This document shows positions 8,515-18,704 of a stretch of 32,000 nt of DNA, piece by piece. The translations under genes were made by a program, and so were the position numbers. The notes below the pieces were generated by a model. That model had not been told where the DNA came from, did no database searches, and worked only from the letters and a program-made list of their open reading frames with translations. The first letter of the stretch is position 1. Each line of letters opens with the position of its first letter. This DNA is from an uncultured Actinomycetes bacterium (GTDB lineage: Bacteria > Actinomycetota > Actinomycetes > S36-B12 > CAIYMF01): contig CAWJMG010000001.1 of NCBI GenBank assembly GCA_963843975.1, positions 870,001 through 902,000 on the forward strand, written 5' to 3'.

Positions 8515-8530
8515 ATGCCCCTGGGGGTAT
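8515..8530. promoter_or_regulatory. pseudo-palindrome ATGCCCCTGGGGGTAT, candidate CsoR/CstR-type operator upstream of sqr
   Basis: 12 of 16 positions are self-complementary. AT(N)CCCC...GGGG(N)TAT architecture. It lies about 100 nt upstream of the sqr start, in the divergent intergenic region. Confidence 0.3.
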
Positions 8531-8639
8531 GCGGATTCCACCGTTCCGAGGCCGGTGTGACTCAGCAGACAGGCCCAGCGGGTGTGGCCTTGTCGGCACA
8601 CCGGGCGTGGCGACCAGGGACGCGTCTACCGTCCGGAGC

Positions 8640-8924
8640 ATGAGGATCGGAATCGTGGGACGGCATCCGGAGATCCTGCACGGCGCACTGGCTCTCGCCG
8701 ATGAGGCAGGCCACGACGCCCGAGGGACGACCGTTGACGACGAGGCGCTCGCCTGGGTGCGCCAGCAGCAGGTCGTGGCGCTTCTCATCGGCGGCGGCGT
8801 CGAGCTCGAGTCGCGCGAGACGCTGCTGTCGGCGTGCGAGGCGAACGACGTGCGCGGCGTCGAGGTGCACGAGCCGTCGAACCTCGGAGGGATCCTGCGC
8901 GGCCTCGCGGAGACGGGCGCCTGA
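8640..8924 (+). CDS. hypothetical protein (94 aa)
   Basis: ATG 8640 follows ggag. GC3-rich codons throughout. I recognise no motif (MRIGIVGRHPEILHGALALADE...). Confidence 0.5.
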   Translation: MRIGIVGRHPEILHGALALADEAGHDARGTTVDDEALAWVRQQQVVALLIGGGVELESRETLLSACEANDVRGVEVHEPSNLGGILRGLAETGA

Positions 8925-8980
8925 CAGGGGCATCCCTCCGTTCGCCCTCCGGCACCGGCCCGCTGCGGCAGGCTGCTCCC

Positions 8981-10459
8981 ATGGGTGAGCAGTTCGGAGG
9001 ACGCACGTTCACGCGCGAGGACCGTCAGCGCTACCGCGACAAGGTGCACCGCTGCCTCGACGTGTTCGCGCGCATGCTCGAGGAGTCGCGCTTCGACTTC
9101 GAGACGCCGCTCACCGGCATGGAGGTCGAGCTGAACCTCGTCGACGCCGAGGGCCGGCCCGCGCTGCGCAACGCCGAGGTGCTCGAGCGCATCGACGACC
9201 CTGCGTTCGTGCAGGAGCTCGGCCGGTTCAACCTCGAGATCAACGTGCCGCCGGCGTCGCTCTCAGGCGATGGAGCCGCAATCTACGAGGACCACCTGCG
9301 CACCCAGCTCAACGCGGCGAACGAGCACGCGCACGAGGCGGACGCCGGGATGGTGATGATCGGGATCCTGCCGACCCTCACGCCTGCCCTCCTCACCCAC
9401 GAGTCGATCAGCAGCAACCCCCGCTACGACCTGCTCGACCAGCAGATGCTGCTGGCCCGCGGGGAGGACCTGCACATCTCCATCCAGGGCGGCCCGGAGA
9501 GCCTCGAGACGTACGCCGACTCCATCGCGCCCGAGGCCGCGTGCACGAGCGTGCAGTTCCACCTGCAGGTGAGCCCGGACGAGTTCGCGCAGAACTGGAA
9601 CGCCGCGCAGTGCCTCGCCGCCGCGCAGGTGGCGATGGGGGCGAACTCGCCGTACTTCCTCGGGCGCGAGCTGTGGCGCGAGACGCGCATCAGCCTGTTC
9701 GCCGAGGCCACCGACACGCGGCCCGCCGAGCTGAAGGCGCAGGGCGTGCGGCCGCGCGTGTGGTTCGGCGAGCGCTGGATCACGAGCGTCTTCGACCTCT
9801 TCGAGGAGAACCTCACCTACTTCCCGCCGCTGCTCCCGGTGCTCGACGACGAGGACCCCGTGGCGGTGCTGGACGCCGGCGGCACCCCGGCGCTCCCCGA
9901 GCTGCGCCTGCACAACGGCACGGTCTGGCGCTGGAACAGGCCGGTGTACGACGTCGTGGCAGGGCGGCCGCACCTGCGCGTGGAGAACCGCGTCCTCCCC
10001 GGCGGGCCCACCGTCGTCGACATCCTCGCCAACGGCGCGTTCTACTTCGGCGCGCTGCGTGCGCTGGCGGAGATGGAGCGGCCGGTGTGGTCGCAGATGA
10101 GCTTCGGAGCGGCCGAGGACAACTTCTTCGCCGCGGCGCGCAACGGCATCGAGAGCACGCTCTTCTGGCCCGGAATGGGTCATGTGCCCGCGACCGAGCT
10201 CGTGCTGCGCCGGCTGCTCCCCCTCGCCCAGCAGGGCCTCGACGCGTGGGACGTCGACCCCGAGATCAGCGCACGGCTGCTCGGGATCATCGAGGCGCGC
10301 TGCGTCGCGCACCGCAACGGCGCGGTGTGGCAGACCGAGGCCGTGCGCGCCTTCGAGGGCCGCGGCCACGACCGCTGGGAGGCGCTGCGCCTCATGACGC
10401 TGGCGTACGTCGAGCGCATGCACACCAACGAGCCCGTCCACACCTGGTCGCCGGTCTGA
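8981..10459 (+). CDS. glutamate--cysteine ligase family 2 (GCS2) / carboxylate-amine ligase-like protein
   Basis: MGEQFGGRTFTREDRQRYRDKVHRCLDVFARML...TGMEVELNLVD... resembles the long actinobacterial GCS2 family. Confidence 0.65.
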   Translation: MGEQFGGRTFTREDRQRYRDKVHRCLDVFARMLEESRFDFETPLTGMEVELNLVDAEGRPALRNAEVLERIDDPAFVQELGRFNLEINVPPASLSGDGAAIYEDHLRTQLNAANEHAHEADAGMVMIGILPTLTPALLTHESISSNPRYDLLDQQMLLARGEDLHISIQGGPESLETYADSIAPEAACTSVQFHLQVSPDEFAQNWNAAQCLAAAQVAMGANSPYFLGRELWRETRISLFAEATDTRPAELKAQGVRPRVWFGERWITSVFDLFEENLTYFPPLLPVLDDEDPVAVLDAGGTPALPELRLHNGTVWRWNRPVYDVVAGRPHLRVENRVLPGGPTVVDILANGAFYFGALRALAEMERPVWSQMSFGAAEDNFFAAARNGIESTLFWPGMGHVPATELVLRRLLPLAQQGLDAWDVDPEISARLLGIIEARCVAHRNGAVWQTEAVRAFEGRGHDRWEALRLMTLAYVERMHTNEPVHTWSPV

Positions 10460-10498
10460 CCGACACCGCGGGCTCGTGCCGAGACGTACGCTCGACGG

Positions 10499-11095
10499 AT
10501 GGGCCTCGATCAGGTGCGCGCAGAGTGGGATGCCGCGGCGGACACGTTCGACCTCGAGGCTGATCACGGCCTGCTGGATCCCGCGGCACGGGACGCGTGG
10601 CAGCGGGTGATGAGGTCGTTGCTGCCGTCGACCCCGGCCCGGGTGGCGGACCTCGGCTGCGGCACGGGCACGCTCGCCGTCCTCCTCGCCGAGGACGGGC
10701 ACGACGTGACGGGTCTCGACGTCTCCCCCCGCATGATCGGCCGGGCCCGGGCCAAGGCTCTCGCAGCGGGCGCGCCTGCCCGGTTCGCGATCGGTGACGC
10801 ATCTCGTCCCGCCCTGTCACCCGGTTCGTTCGACGTCGTCCTCGCACGGCACCTGGTGTGGGCGCTGCCTGACGCAGCGGCGTCCCTGCGGGCCTGGGTG
10901 CACCTGCTGGCACCCGGCGGCCGGCTCGTCCTCGTCGAAGGTCGCTGGGGCAACGTGTCTGGGCTGTCGGCCGACGAGCTCCGAGCGGTCGTGGGTCCGC
11001 TCGTGCGAGAGGTGGCCGTGACACCGCTGACCGACGAGGCTCTGTGGGGCAAAGCGATCGACGACGAGCGCTACGCGCTGGTCGGGGCGACCTGA
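10499..11095 (+). CDS. class I SAM-dependent methyltransferase
   Basis: Motif I VADLGCGTGTLAVLLAEDGHDVTGLDVSPRMI. Confidence 0.8.
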   Translation: MGLDQVRAEWDAAADTFDLEADHGLLDPAARDAWQRVMRSLLPSTPARVADLGCGTGTLAVLLAEDGHDVTGLDVSPRMIGRARAKALAAGAPARFAIGDASRPALSPGSFDVVLARHLVWALPDAAASLRAWVHLLAPGGRLVLVEGRWGNVSGLSADELRAVVGPLVREVAVTPLTDEALWGKAIDDERYALVGAT

Positions 11096-11096
11096 G

Positions 11097-12308
11097 TCAG
11101 CCGAGGTCGGTGAGGGCCTCGAGTGCGGCCAGTGCCAGCACCAGCGTGCCGTTCGCGATCGCGCGCTCGTCGACGTCGAAGGTGCCGGCGTGCAGGTCGA
11201 GCCGCGGCTGACCGGATGTCGGATCGTGCACGCCCAGGCGCGCGTAGGCGCCGGGCACCTTGTCGAGGTACCAGGCGAAGGAGTCGCCGCCCCACGACTG
11301 CTCCACCTCGACCAGGCCGGACTCGCCGAGCGCGGTGCGCACGGCGCTCGCCACGATCGTCGTCGCGTCCTCGTCGTTCACCACCGGCGGGACGCCGCGG
11401 CGGTGCTCGGTGGTCCACGTGACGCCGGTGCCGCCGAGGAGCGCGGCGAGGGCGTCCTCGACGTACTTCGGGAAGTGGCGCCACACATCGTGGTCGGGGG
11501 TGCGCACCGTGCCGCGCAGCGAGCCGCTCGAGGGGATGACGTTGGCGGCGTCGCCTGCATGGATCGAGCCGAAGACGCAGCGCACCGCACCGGGCTCGCC
11601 CGTCAGCCTGTCGATCTCGCCCTGCATGCCGGTGACCACGCGGGCGAGCACTGCGACCAGGTCCACCGTGCGCTCGGGGCGCGAGGTGTGGCCCCCCGGG
11701 CCCGAGACGCGGATCTCGATCATGTCCGCCGCGGACGAGATGGGGCCGACCCGCAGTCCGACGTGGCCGACGTCGACCTTCGGGTCGCAGTGGACGCCGA
11801 AGACGGTGTCGACGTCGTCGAAGAACCCCTCGGCGATGACGTCGACCGCGCCACCGGGCACCGACTCCTCCGCAGGCTCGAACACGAGCCGGACGCGCCC
11901 GTCCACGCCGAGCGAGTCGCCGGCCCGGGCGAGCACGCGGGCGACGCCCATGACCACGGTGGTGTGGACGTCGTGCCCGCACGCGTGGGCAATGCCGTCG
12001 GTCTGCGAGCGGTAGCCGACGTCCTTGTCGTCGTTCATGGCGAGGGCGTCGATGTCGGCGCGGACGGCCACCACCGGCCCGACGCCGCTGCCGAGCACGA
12101 CGTCGCAGACGACGCCGGTGCCCGCCTCGAGCCGCTGGGGGGCCAGCCCGAGGTCGCGCAGGTGCTGGTGGATCCAGCGCGTGGTCGCCTTCTCCTGGCC
12201 GGACAGCTCGGGGTGGGCGTGCAGGTCGCGGCGCATCTCGACCAGCAGGGCCTCGTCGGCGGCGACGGCGTCGCGCACGAGGGCGACGACGGACGGCTCG
12301 ACGGGCAC
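11097..12308 (-). CDS. M20 family amidohydrolase (N-acyl-L-amino acid amidohydrolase / hippurate hydrolase-like)
   Basis: ...MRRDLHAHPELSGQEKATTRWI...VAVRADIDAL...HACGHDVHT... is typical of the M20D family. Confidence 0.85.
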   Translation of the reverse strand: MPVEPSVVALVRDAVAADEALLVEMRRDLHAHPELSGQEKATTRWIHQHLRDLGLAPQRLEAGTGVVCDVVLGSGVGPVVAVRADIDALAMNDDKDVGYRSQTDGIAHACGHDVHTTVVMGVARVLARAGDSLGVDGRVRLVFEPAEESVPGGAVDVIAEGFFDDVDTVFGVHCDPKVDVGHVGLRVGPISSAADMIEIRVSGPGGHTSRPERTVDLVAVLARVVTGMQGEIDRLTGEPGAVRCVFGSIHAGDAANVIPSSGSLRGTVRTPDHDVWRHFPKYVEDALAALLGGTGVTWTTEHRRGVPPVVNDEDATTIVASAVRTALGESGLVEVEQSWGGDSFAWYLDKVPGAYARLGVHDPTSGQPRLDLHAGTFDVDERAIANGTLVLALAALEALTDLG

Positions 12309-12585
12309 GCTCCGAGCCTAGGGCGTCGGCGGCGACCTTCGCGGGCGACGCCGCCGCACGGCTCCGACCGGTCCCACGGTGCTCCACCGTTGCCCTGACG
12401 TGACCCAGTCGACCGTGATTCCGGGCACGTGGACCGGCCTCGCGGAACCCGGCCCGGTAGCGTGCGCCGAGGCGGGGAGATCCGACGCCCGGGCGCAGCC
12501 CGACGGCGTCGACGGTCGCCCTCGCCCAACGGAAGCCATGAGCTGCCCCCGCACGCGTGCGGCCGCAGCGTGAAGGAGGCTCGGC

Positions 12586-14109
12586 GTGATCATCGGAGTG
12601 CTGAGAGAGGCGCGTGCCGGGGAGACCCGGGTCGCGGCGACTCCCGCCACGGTCGTGCAGCTGCTCAAGCTGGGCTACGACGTCGTGGTGGAGGCGGGCG
12701 CGGGCGCGGCCTCGGACTTCTCCGACGACGGGTACGTCGAGGCAGGTGCCACGATCGGCGACCCGCTCGCGGCCGACATCGTGTTCGGAGTCAACGCCCC
12801 GTCGACCCAGCAGCTGGACGGGCTGCGTCCCGGTGCGACGCTGGTGAGCCTCCTGGCCCCCGCGTTCAGCCCCGACCTGGTCGAGGACCTCGGCCGCCGC
12901 CCGATCACGGCGCTGGCCATGGACGCCGTGCCGCGCATCTCGCGGGCGCAGTCCCTCGATGTGCTCAGCTCGATGGCGAACATCGCGGGCTACCGCGCGG
13001 TCGTCGAGGCCGCGCACGTGTTCGGCCGCTTCTTCACCGGCCAGGTCACGGCGGCGGGCAAGGTGCCGCCGGCGAAGGTCCTCATCGCAGGCGCCGGCGT
13101 CGCCGGCCTCGCTGCGATCGGTACGGCGGGCTCGCTCGGCGCGATCGTGTACGCCACCGACCCGCGCCCCGAGGTCGCCGACCAGGTGAAGAGCCTGGGC
13201 GGCGAGTACCTCGCAGTGGCCGCGGCCGACGTCGAGGTGTCCTCGACCGGTTACGCCAAGGAGATGTCGGACGACTACAACGCCCGGGCCGAGGCGCTCT
13301 ACGCGAGCCGCATCCCCGAGATGGACATCGTCATCACCACGGCGCTGATCCCCGGACGCCCTGCGCCTCGTCTGATCACCGCGGCGATGGTCGCGAGCAT
13401 GAAGCGCGGCAGCGTGATCGTCGACATGGCGGCGTCCAACGGCGGCAACGTCGAGGGCACGGTCGCCGGGGAGGCGGTCGTGACCGAGAACGGCGTCACG
13501 ATCATCGGCTACACCGATCTGGCCGGCCGCCTGCCCGCGCAGTCGTCGCAGCTCTACGGCACCAACCTGGTCAACCTGATGAAGCTGATGACGCCGGCCA
13601 AGGACGGCGTGCTGGTGCTCGACTTCGACGACGTCGTGCAGCGCGGCATCACGGTGGTACGCGACGGCGAGTCGACGTGGCCGCCGCCGCCCGTTCAGGT
13701 CTCGGCCGCACCCGCAGCGGCCCCCGCTTCGGCCGTGGCCGCCAAGGAGCCCAAGCCGCCGGCGCCACCGGGGCGGCGGTTCGCGATGGTCGGCATCGTC
13801 GCGGCGGTGCTCTTCCTTCTCGGTGCGGTGTCACCGCCCTCGCTGCTCGGGCACCTCACGGTGTTCGCCCTGGCGATCGTGATCGGCTACTACGTGATCG
13901 GCAACGTGCACCACGCCCTGCACACGCCGCTCATGTCGGTGACCAACGCGATCTCCGGGATCATCGTGGTCGGCGCGCTGCTGCAGATGGGCACCGGTGA
14001 CCCGGTGATCACGGCGGTCTCGACCGTGGCGATCCTGCTCGCGTCCATCAACGTCTTCGGTGGCTTCGCGGTCACCCGTCGCATGCTCAGCATGTTCTCG
14101 AGGAGCTGA
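12586..14109 (+). CDS. pntA: NAD(P) transhydrogenase subunit alpha (dI plus membrane dII-alpha part)
   Basis: GTG start after ggagg. [23 protein letters not shown]..., [13 protein letters not shown] Rossmann motif, C-terminal TM helices. Confidence 0.92.
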   Translation: MIIGVLREARAGETRVAATPATVVQLLKLGYDVVVEAGAGAASDFSDDGYVEAGATIGDPLAADIVFGVNAPSTQQLDGLRPGATLVSLLAPAFSPDLVEDLGRRPITALAMDAVPRISRAQSLDVLSSMANIAGYRAVVEAAHVFGRFFTGQVTAAGKVPPAKVLIAGAGVAGLAAIGTAGSLGAIVYATDPRPEVADQVKSLGGEYLAVAAADVEVSSTGYAKEMSDDYNARAEALYASRIPEMDIVITTALIPGRPAPRLITAAMVASMKRGSVIVDMAASNGGNVEGTVAGEAVVTENGVTIIGYTDLAGRLPAQSSQLYGTNLVNLMKLMTPAKDGVLVLDFDDVVQRGITVVRDGESTWPPPPVQVSAAPAAAPASAVAAKEPKPPAPPGRRFAMVGIVAAVLFLLGAVSPPSLLGHLTVFALAIVIGYYVIGNVHHALHTPLMSVTNAISGIIVVGALLQMGTGDPVITAVSTVAILLASINVFGGFAVTRRMLSMFSRS

Positions 14110-14111
14110 CC

Positions 14112-15530
14112 ATGACCTTCGAGAACGCCGCGCAGGCGGCCTACATCGTCGCGGGCCTGCTGTTCATCCTGGCTCTGGCCGGACTGTCCAAGCACGAGAC
14201 CGCACGCGCCGGCAACACCTACGGCATCACGGGTATGGCCATCGCTCTCGTGGCGACGCTCGCCCTGGTGCTCGACCGTGGCATCGACGCCGTCCCCCTC
14301 GCGCTGCTTGTCGGCGCCGTCCTGATCGGTGCCGCGATCGGCCTGTGGCGGGCGCGCATCGTCGAGATGACCGGCATGCCCGAGCTCATCGCGCTGCTGC
14401 ACTCGTTCGTCGGCCTCGCGGCCGTCCTGGTCGGCTGGGCGTCGTACCTTCACGTCGAGGCCACGCTCACCGGCGCCGAGGCCCAGCTCCTGGACGCCGA
14501 GGGCCTGCTGTCGATCCACTCCGCCGAGGTGTTCATCGGCGTGTTCATCGGCGCGGTGACCTTCACCGGCTCGATCGTCGCGTTCCTCAAGCTGTCGGCG
14601 CGCATCTCCTCCGCGCCGCTGATGCTGCCGGGCAAGAACTTCCTCAACATCGGCGCACTCGTCGCGTTCGTCGCGCTCACCGTCTGGTTCGTCATCAGCC
14701 CGGCGCTGTGGCTGCTCATCGCCGTCACCGTCGTCGCGCTGCTGCTCGGCTGGCACCTGGTCGCTTCGATCGGCGGCGGCGACATGCCGGTGGTCGTCTC
14801 GATGCTCAACAGCTACTCCGGCTGGGCCGCCGCGGCGTCGGGCTTCCTGCTCGGCAACGACCTGCTCATCATCACCGGCGCCCTCGTCGGCTCCTCCGGT
14901 GCGTACCTCTCCTACATCATGTGCCGCGCGATGAACCGCTCGTTCATCTCCGTCATCGCAGGCGGCTTCGGCATCGAGGCCCCCGCGGGCGACGACAAGG
15001 ACTACGGCGAGCACCGCGAGATCACCGCCGACGCGACCGCCGAGCTGCTCACCAGCGCCCGCTCGGTGATCATCACGCCCGGCTACGGCATGGCCGTCGC
15101 CCAGGCGCAGTACGGCGTCGCCGAGCTCACCCGCAAGCTCCGCGAGCGCGGAGTCGAGGTGCGCTTCGGCATCCACCCCGTCGCCGGGCGTCTCCCCGGC
15201 CACATGAACGTGCTCCTGGCCGAGGCGAAGGTGCCGTACGACATCGTCCTGGAGATGGACGAGATCAACGAGGACTTCGCGTCCACCGACGTCGTCCTCG
15301 TGATCGGTGCCAACGACACCGTCAACCCCGCCGCCATGGACGACCCCGGCAGCCCGATCGCCGGCATGCCCGTCCTCACCGTGTGGGAGGCCGGCCAGGT
15401 GATCGTGTTCAAGCGCTCGATGGCCTCCGGGTACGCCGGCGTGCAGAACCCGCTGTTCTTCAAGGAGAACTCGGCCATGCTCTTCGGCGACGCCAAGGAC
15501 CGCGTCGAGGACATCGTCCGCGCGCTGTAG
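14112..15530 (+). CDS. pntB: NAD(P) transhydrogenase subunit beta
   Basis: Polytopic N-terminus, then a C-terminal dIII domain ([15 protein letters not shown]...[14 protein letters not shown]). Confidence 0.93.
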   Translation: MTFENAAQAAYIVAGLLFILALAGLSKHETARAGNTYGITGMAIALVATLALVLDRGIDAVPLALLVGAVLIGAAIGLWRARIVEMTGMPELIALLHSFVGLAAVLVGWASYLHVEATLTGAEAQLLDAEGLLSIHSAEVFIGVFIGAVTFTGSIVAFLKLSARISSAPLMLPGKNFLNIGALVAFVALTVWFVISPALWLLIAVTVVALLLGWHLVASIGGGDMPVVVSMLNSYSGWAAAASGFLLGNDLLIITGALVGSSGAYLSYIMCRAMNRSFISVIAGGFGIEAPAGDDKDYGEHREITADATAELLTSARSVIITPGYGMAVAQAQYGVAELTRKLRERGVEVRFGIHPVAGRLPGHMNVLLAEAKVPYDIVLEMDEINEDFASTDVVLVIGANDTVNPAAMDDPGSPIAGMPVLTVWEAGQVIVFKRSMASGYAGVQNPLFFKENSAMLFGDAKDRVEDIVRAL

Positions 15531-15556
15531 CCGCCACTCACGCACCAGGAGCCCCC

Positions 15557-15841
15557 ATGTCTGTCGTCGCCTTCCTCGACGTCCGCCTCAAGCCTGCCAC
15601 CGCCGCCGAGGCGCTCGGTGTCCTCGACGGCGTGCTCGTCGCGACCCGGGCCTTCGAGGGGTGCCTCGGAGTCGAGGTGCTCGTGCAGGCGGACGACCCG
15701 ACCCGCGTTGTCGTGGTGGAGCGCTGGGCCTCGATGGAGGCCGACACGGCCTACCGCGCCTGGCGCCGGTCCGAGGGGCCGGGCGCCCTTGCGCCGTACG
15801 TCGTCAGCCTCGCTGTGACGCACTTCGCCCCTCGGCCCTGA
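15557..15841 (+). CDS. antibiotic biosynthesis monooxygenase (ABM) domain protein
   Basis: ATG 15557 follows aggag. 94 aa: MSVVAFLDVRLKP...GCLGVEVLVQADDPTRVVVVERWASMEADTAYRAWR. It is the tail of a 593-aa shadow ORF. Confidence 0.7.
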   Translation: MSVVAFLDVRLKPATAAEALGVLDGVLVATRAFEGCLGVEVLVQADDPTRVVVVERWASMEADTAYRAWRRSEGPGALAPYVVSLAVTHFAPRP

Positions 15842-16055
15842 CGCAGCCTGATCGCCGACCAGCGCGGCGTCACTGGCCGCAGGACACCGATTTCGGTCAC
15901 GGATCGTCAGTTCCTTGGGCCGAATGGGTGGATCCTCCCCCTTTCGGCCGACCTGCGTGGCCCCTCTGGCCCTCCCGTTGTCGCAGAGAGTGAGTATCTT
16001 TCTGAACACAGAGGGACACCGCGCAGATCCTGCGCCCGATGACGGAGACACCAGC

Positions 16056-17207
16056 ATGAGCCAGACGAGCACTGCACGACCCCGGGTCCGCGCCCGGCTC
16101 GGCCTCGCCATGGCGGCCGTGATCGGCCTCCTCACCATGGTCTTCGCGCCGGCTGCGTTCGCCGCGACCGACGTGACCTACAACGGAGTCAACACCGGCG
16201 GGCACGCGGTGTGGATGAACGGCACCCAGCACGCGACCTCCGTCTTCAAGCTCGACGTGGCCGGCGGCGGCTCGATCCGCGCCTACTGCGTCGACCTCGG
16301 CGTCCCGATCAACGCCGGCGACACCTACGAGCAGCAGCTGCTGACCTCGCAGATCGCCAACCCGGCGAAGGTCCTCTGGATCCTGCAGCACTCGTACCCG
16401 GTGCTCACCCTCAACCAGCTCGCGACCGCCAGCGGCGTCTCGCCGATGGACACCGCCACCGCGGTGGCCGGCACCCAGGCCGCGATCTGGCACTTCACCG
16501 ACGGCCAGACCCTCGACACCAACAAGAACACCGACGGCGTCAAGGCCCTCTACGCCTACCTGACCGGCTCCGCCAACGTCGGCTCCTCCTCCGACGCCGC
16601 CCCGTCGCTGTCGATCACGCCGGCGACCGAGGTCACCTCGGGCGGCCGCGTCGGTCCGTTCACCGTGAACTTCTCGGGCTCGGGCACCGTCGACCTGTCG
16701 GTCAGCCCCGCGCTCACCATCTTCGACGCCGCCGTCGACGGCTCGGCCGTCACCACCGCCTCGGACGGCGACCAGGTCTGGGTCGAGGTCCCCGCGGGCA
16801 CCGCCCCCGGCGACGTCACCGTCACCGCGACCGGCTCCGCCTCGGTCTCCGGCGGCTGGGCGCTCGTGAACCCGGACCGTCCCACCCAGGTGCAGAAGCT
16901 GGCCTACGCCGGCGTCCGCGACCTGACCGCCTCGGCCACCGCGACGATCACCGTGACCCCGTCGCCGACCCCGACCGACCCGGGCACCACCCCGCCGGCC
17001 ACCACGCCGCCGGCGACCACCACGCCGCCGGTGCCCGAGCCCGGCACCACCACGCCGGTCTCGACGCCGACGACGACCAAGCCGGGTCTCGCCGACACCG
17101 GTGCGGGCAGCAGCAGCTCGCTGGCACTGGCCGGCGTCGCCGCCCTCCTGCTGGGTGCGGGCGCCATGGTCCTCGGCAGCACCCGCCGCGCTGGCCGCCA
17201 CCACTGA
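16056..17207 (+). CDS. thioester-domain (TQXA) surface protein with LAxTG cell-wall sorting signal
   Basis: Signal peptide ...VFAPAAFAATD. Cys motif AYCVD and Gln motif TQAAIWHFTD. Pro/Thr linker. C-terminal LADTG, then a hydrophobic helix, then RRAGRHH. Confidence 0.85.
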   Translation: MSQTSTARPRVRARLGLAMAAVIGLLTMVFAPAAFAATDVTYNGVNTGGHAVWMNGTQHATSVFKLDVAGGGSIRAYCVDLGVPINAGDTYEQQLLTSQIANPAKVLWILQHSYPVLTLNQLATASGVSPMDTATAVAGTQAAIWHFTDGQTLDTNKNTDGVKALYAYLTGSANVGSSSDAAPSLSITPATEVTSGGRVGPFTVNFSGSGTVDLSVSPALTIFDAAVDGSAVTTASDGDQVWVEVPAGTAPGDVTVTATGSASVSGGWALVNPDRPTQVQKLAYAGVRDLTASATATITVTPSPTPTDPGTTPPATTPPATTTPPVPEPGTTTPVSTPTTTKPGLADTGAGSSSSLALAGVAALLLGAGAMVLGSTRRAGRHH

Positions 17208-17223
17208 TAGCACCGCACTGACG

Positions 17224-17259
17224 ACGGAGCCCTCGACCCTCTCGGGTCGGGGGCTCCGT
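17224..17259 (+). terminator. 16-bp stem hairpin after the surface-protein gene
   Basis: acggagccctcgaccc-tctc-gggtcgggggctccgt, with one G-U pair. Confidence 0.6.
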
Positions 17260-17286
17260 CGCGTCCCGGGGTGCCAGAGTGGGCGG

Positions 17287-17775
17287 ATGCGCAGCAGCGT
17301 GGTCGTCATGGGCGCGACCGGCGTCGGGAAGACCACCGTGGGGCGTGCGCTTGCCGCGCGGCTCGGTGCTGCGTTCGCGGACGCCGACGACCTCCATCCC
17401 GCCGCGAACGTGGCGAAGATGTCGCGCGGGGAGCCTCTCGACGACGAGGACCGCGCCCCCTGGCTCCAGACTGTGGCGGCGTGGCTGGTCGAGAATCCGG
17501 GCGGCGTCATGGCGTGCTCTGCGCTGCGCCGCAGCTACCGCGACCGCCTGCGGGACACGGCACCGCGGACGGAGTTCCTCCACCTCGTCGGCGACGCGGA
17601 GGTGATCGGCGGCCGGGTGGCGGGCCGCGCCGACCACTTCATGCCGACGTCCCTCGTGGCCTCGCAGCTGCGCACGCTCGAGAATCTCGAGCCCGACGAG
17701 GCAGGGCTCGCGGTCGACTGCACGCTGCCGATCGACGTCGTCGTACAGGCGTGGCTCGGGCGGATCGCCGGCTGA
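17287..17775 (+). CDS. gntK: gluconokinase
   Basis: P-loop VVVMGATGVGKTTVGRALA, then FADADDLHPAANVAKMSRGEPLDDEDRAPWL, typical of GntK. Confidence 0.85.
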   Translation: MRSSVVVMGATGVGKTTVGRALAARLGAAFADADDLHPAANVAKMSRGEPLDDEDRAPWLQTVAAWLVENPGGVMACSALRRSYRDRLRDTAPRTEFLHLVGDAEVIGGRVAGRADHFMPTSLVASQLRTLENLEPDEAGLAVDCTLPIDVVVQAWLGRIAG

Positions 17776-17840
17776 CCCCCGCTGCCCCACATCAGCGGCT
17801 AGCGTGCGTCAGGTCACCGGACGCGACGCGAGGGGATCCC

Positions 17841-18680
17841 ATGCAGTTCGACGTGAAGACCCGGCCCGAGCACATCACCTGGGCGCAGATGCGCGAGATC
17901 TGGCTCGCGGCGGACGACATCGAGATCTTCACCGCGGCCTGGAACTGGGACCACTTCTACCCCCTCACCGGCGACTTCGACGGCCCGAACCTCGAGGCCT
18001 GGACCACGCTCGCTGCGCTGGCCGACGCGACGAAGCGCATCCGCGTCGGCGTGCAGGTCACCGGCATGATCTACCGTCACCCGGCCGTGCTCGCCAACAT
18101 GGCCGCGACGGTCGACATCATCAGCGACGGCCGGCTCGAGCTCGGCATCGGCGCCGGCTGGAACGAGATGGAGACGACGGCGTACGGCATCGAGCTGCCG
18201 ACGCTGAAGAAGCGGTTCGACCAGTTCGACGAGGGGACGCAGATCCTGATCGGCCTGCTGCGCGACGAGCACACCGACTTCGCGGGCGAGCACTTCACGA
18301 TCACGAACGCCCGCAACGAGCCCAAGCCGGTGCAGCGCCCGCACCCGCCCATCGTGATCGGCGGGAGCGGGCCCAAGCGAACGCTGCTCGCGGTGGCGAA
18401 GTGGGCCCAGCAGTGGAACGCGATCACGCCGAGCCCGGAGGCGTGGCTCGCGTCCAAGGCGATCCTGCTCGAGCACTGCGCCGCGGTCGGGCGCGACCCC
18501 GGCGAGATCGAGTGCTCGGTCAACGTGCAGGTGCCCGGCGACGGCGACCTCGGGCCCGCGCTGGAGAAGATCGCGGCGTACGGCGCGGCCGGTGTCGACA
18601 TCGTGGTGCTCGGTCTGCCGAACGGTGCACCGACGAGCATCCTCGACGACCTCGCGGCTGCCGTCGCCCCGCTCGCCTGA
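17841..18680 (+). CDS. LLM class (luciferase-like) F420-dependent oxidoreductase
   Basis: MQFDVKTRPEHITW...GRLELGIGAGWNEME...PHPPIVIGGSGPKRTL... Confidence 0.8.
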   Translation: MQFDVKTRPEHITWAQMREIWLAADDIEIFTAAWNWDHFYPLTGDFDGPNLEAWTTLAALADATKRIRVGVQVTGMIYRHPAVLANMAATVDIISDGRLELGIGAGWNEMETTAYGIELPTLKKRFDQFDEGTQILIGLLRDEHTDFAGEHFTITNARNEPKPVQRPHPPIVIGGSGPKRTLLAVAKWAQQWNAITPSPEAWLASKAILLEHCAAVGRDPGEIECSVNVQVPGDGDLGPALEKIAAYGAAGVDIVVLGLPNGAPTSILDDLAAAVAPLA

Positions 18681-18704
18681 CCGCAGCAGGTCGACCGGCC
18701 GCGG

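Noticed and set aside
11071-13017. 648-aa minus ORF spanning the amidohydrolase-pntA region
   Set aside because: It crosses an intergenic region and two well-supported genes in wrong frames. Its composition (Arg, Pro, Gly) is typical of high-GC artefacts.
13890-15556. 551-aa minus ORF and the first 499 codons of the 593-aa plus ORF across pntB
   Set aside because: These are shadow frames of a well-supported pntB. Only the tail of the plus ORF (15557..15841, ABM protein, with its own aggag RBS) is kept.
15897-17790. 537-aa and 280-aa minus ORFs opposite the thioester-adhesin and gluconokinase genes
   Set aside because: Arg/Gly-rich low-complexity translations with no motifs. The plus-strand genes are strongly supported.
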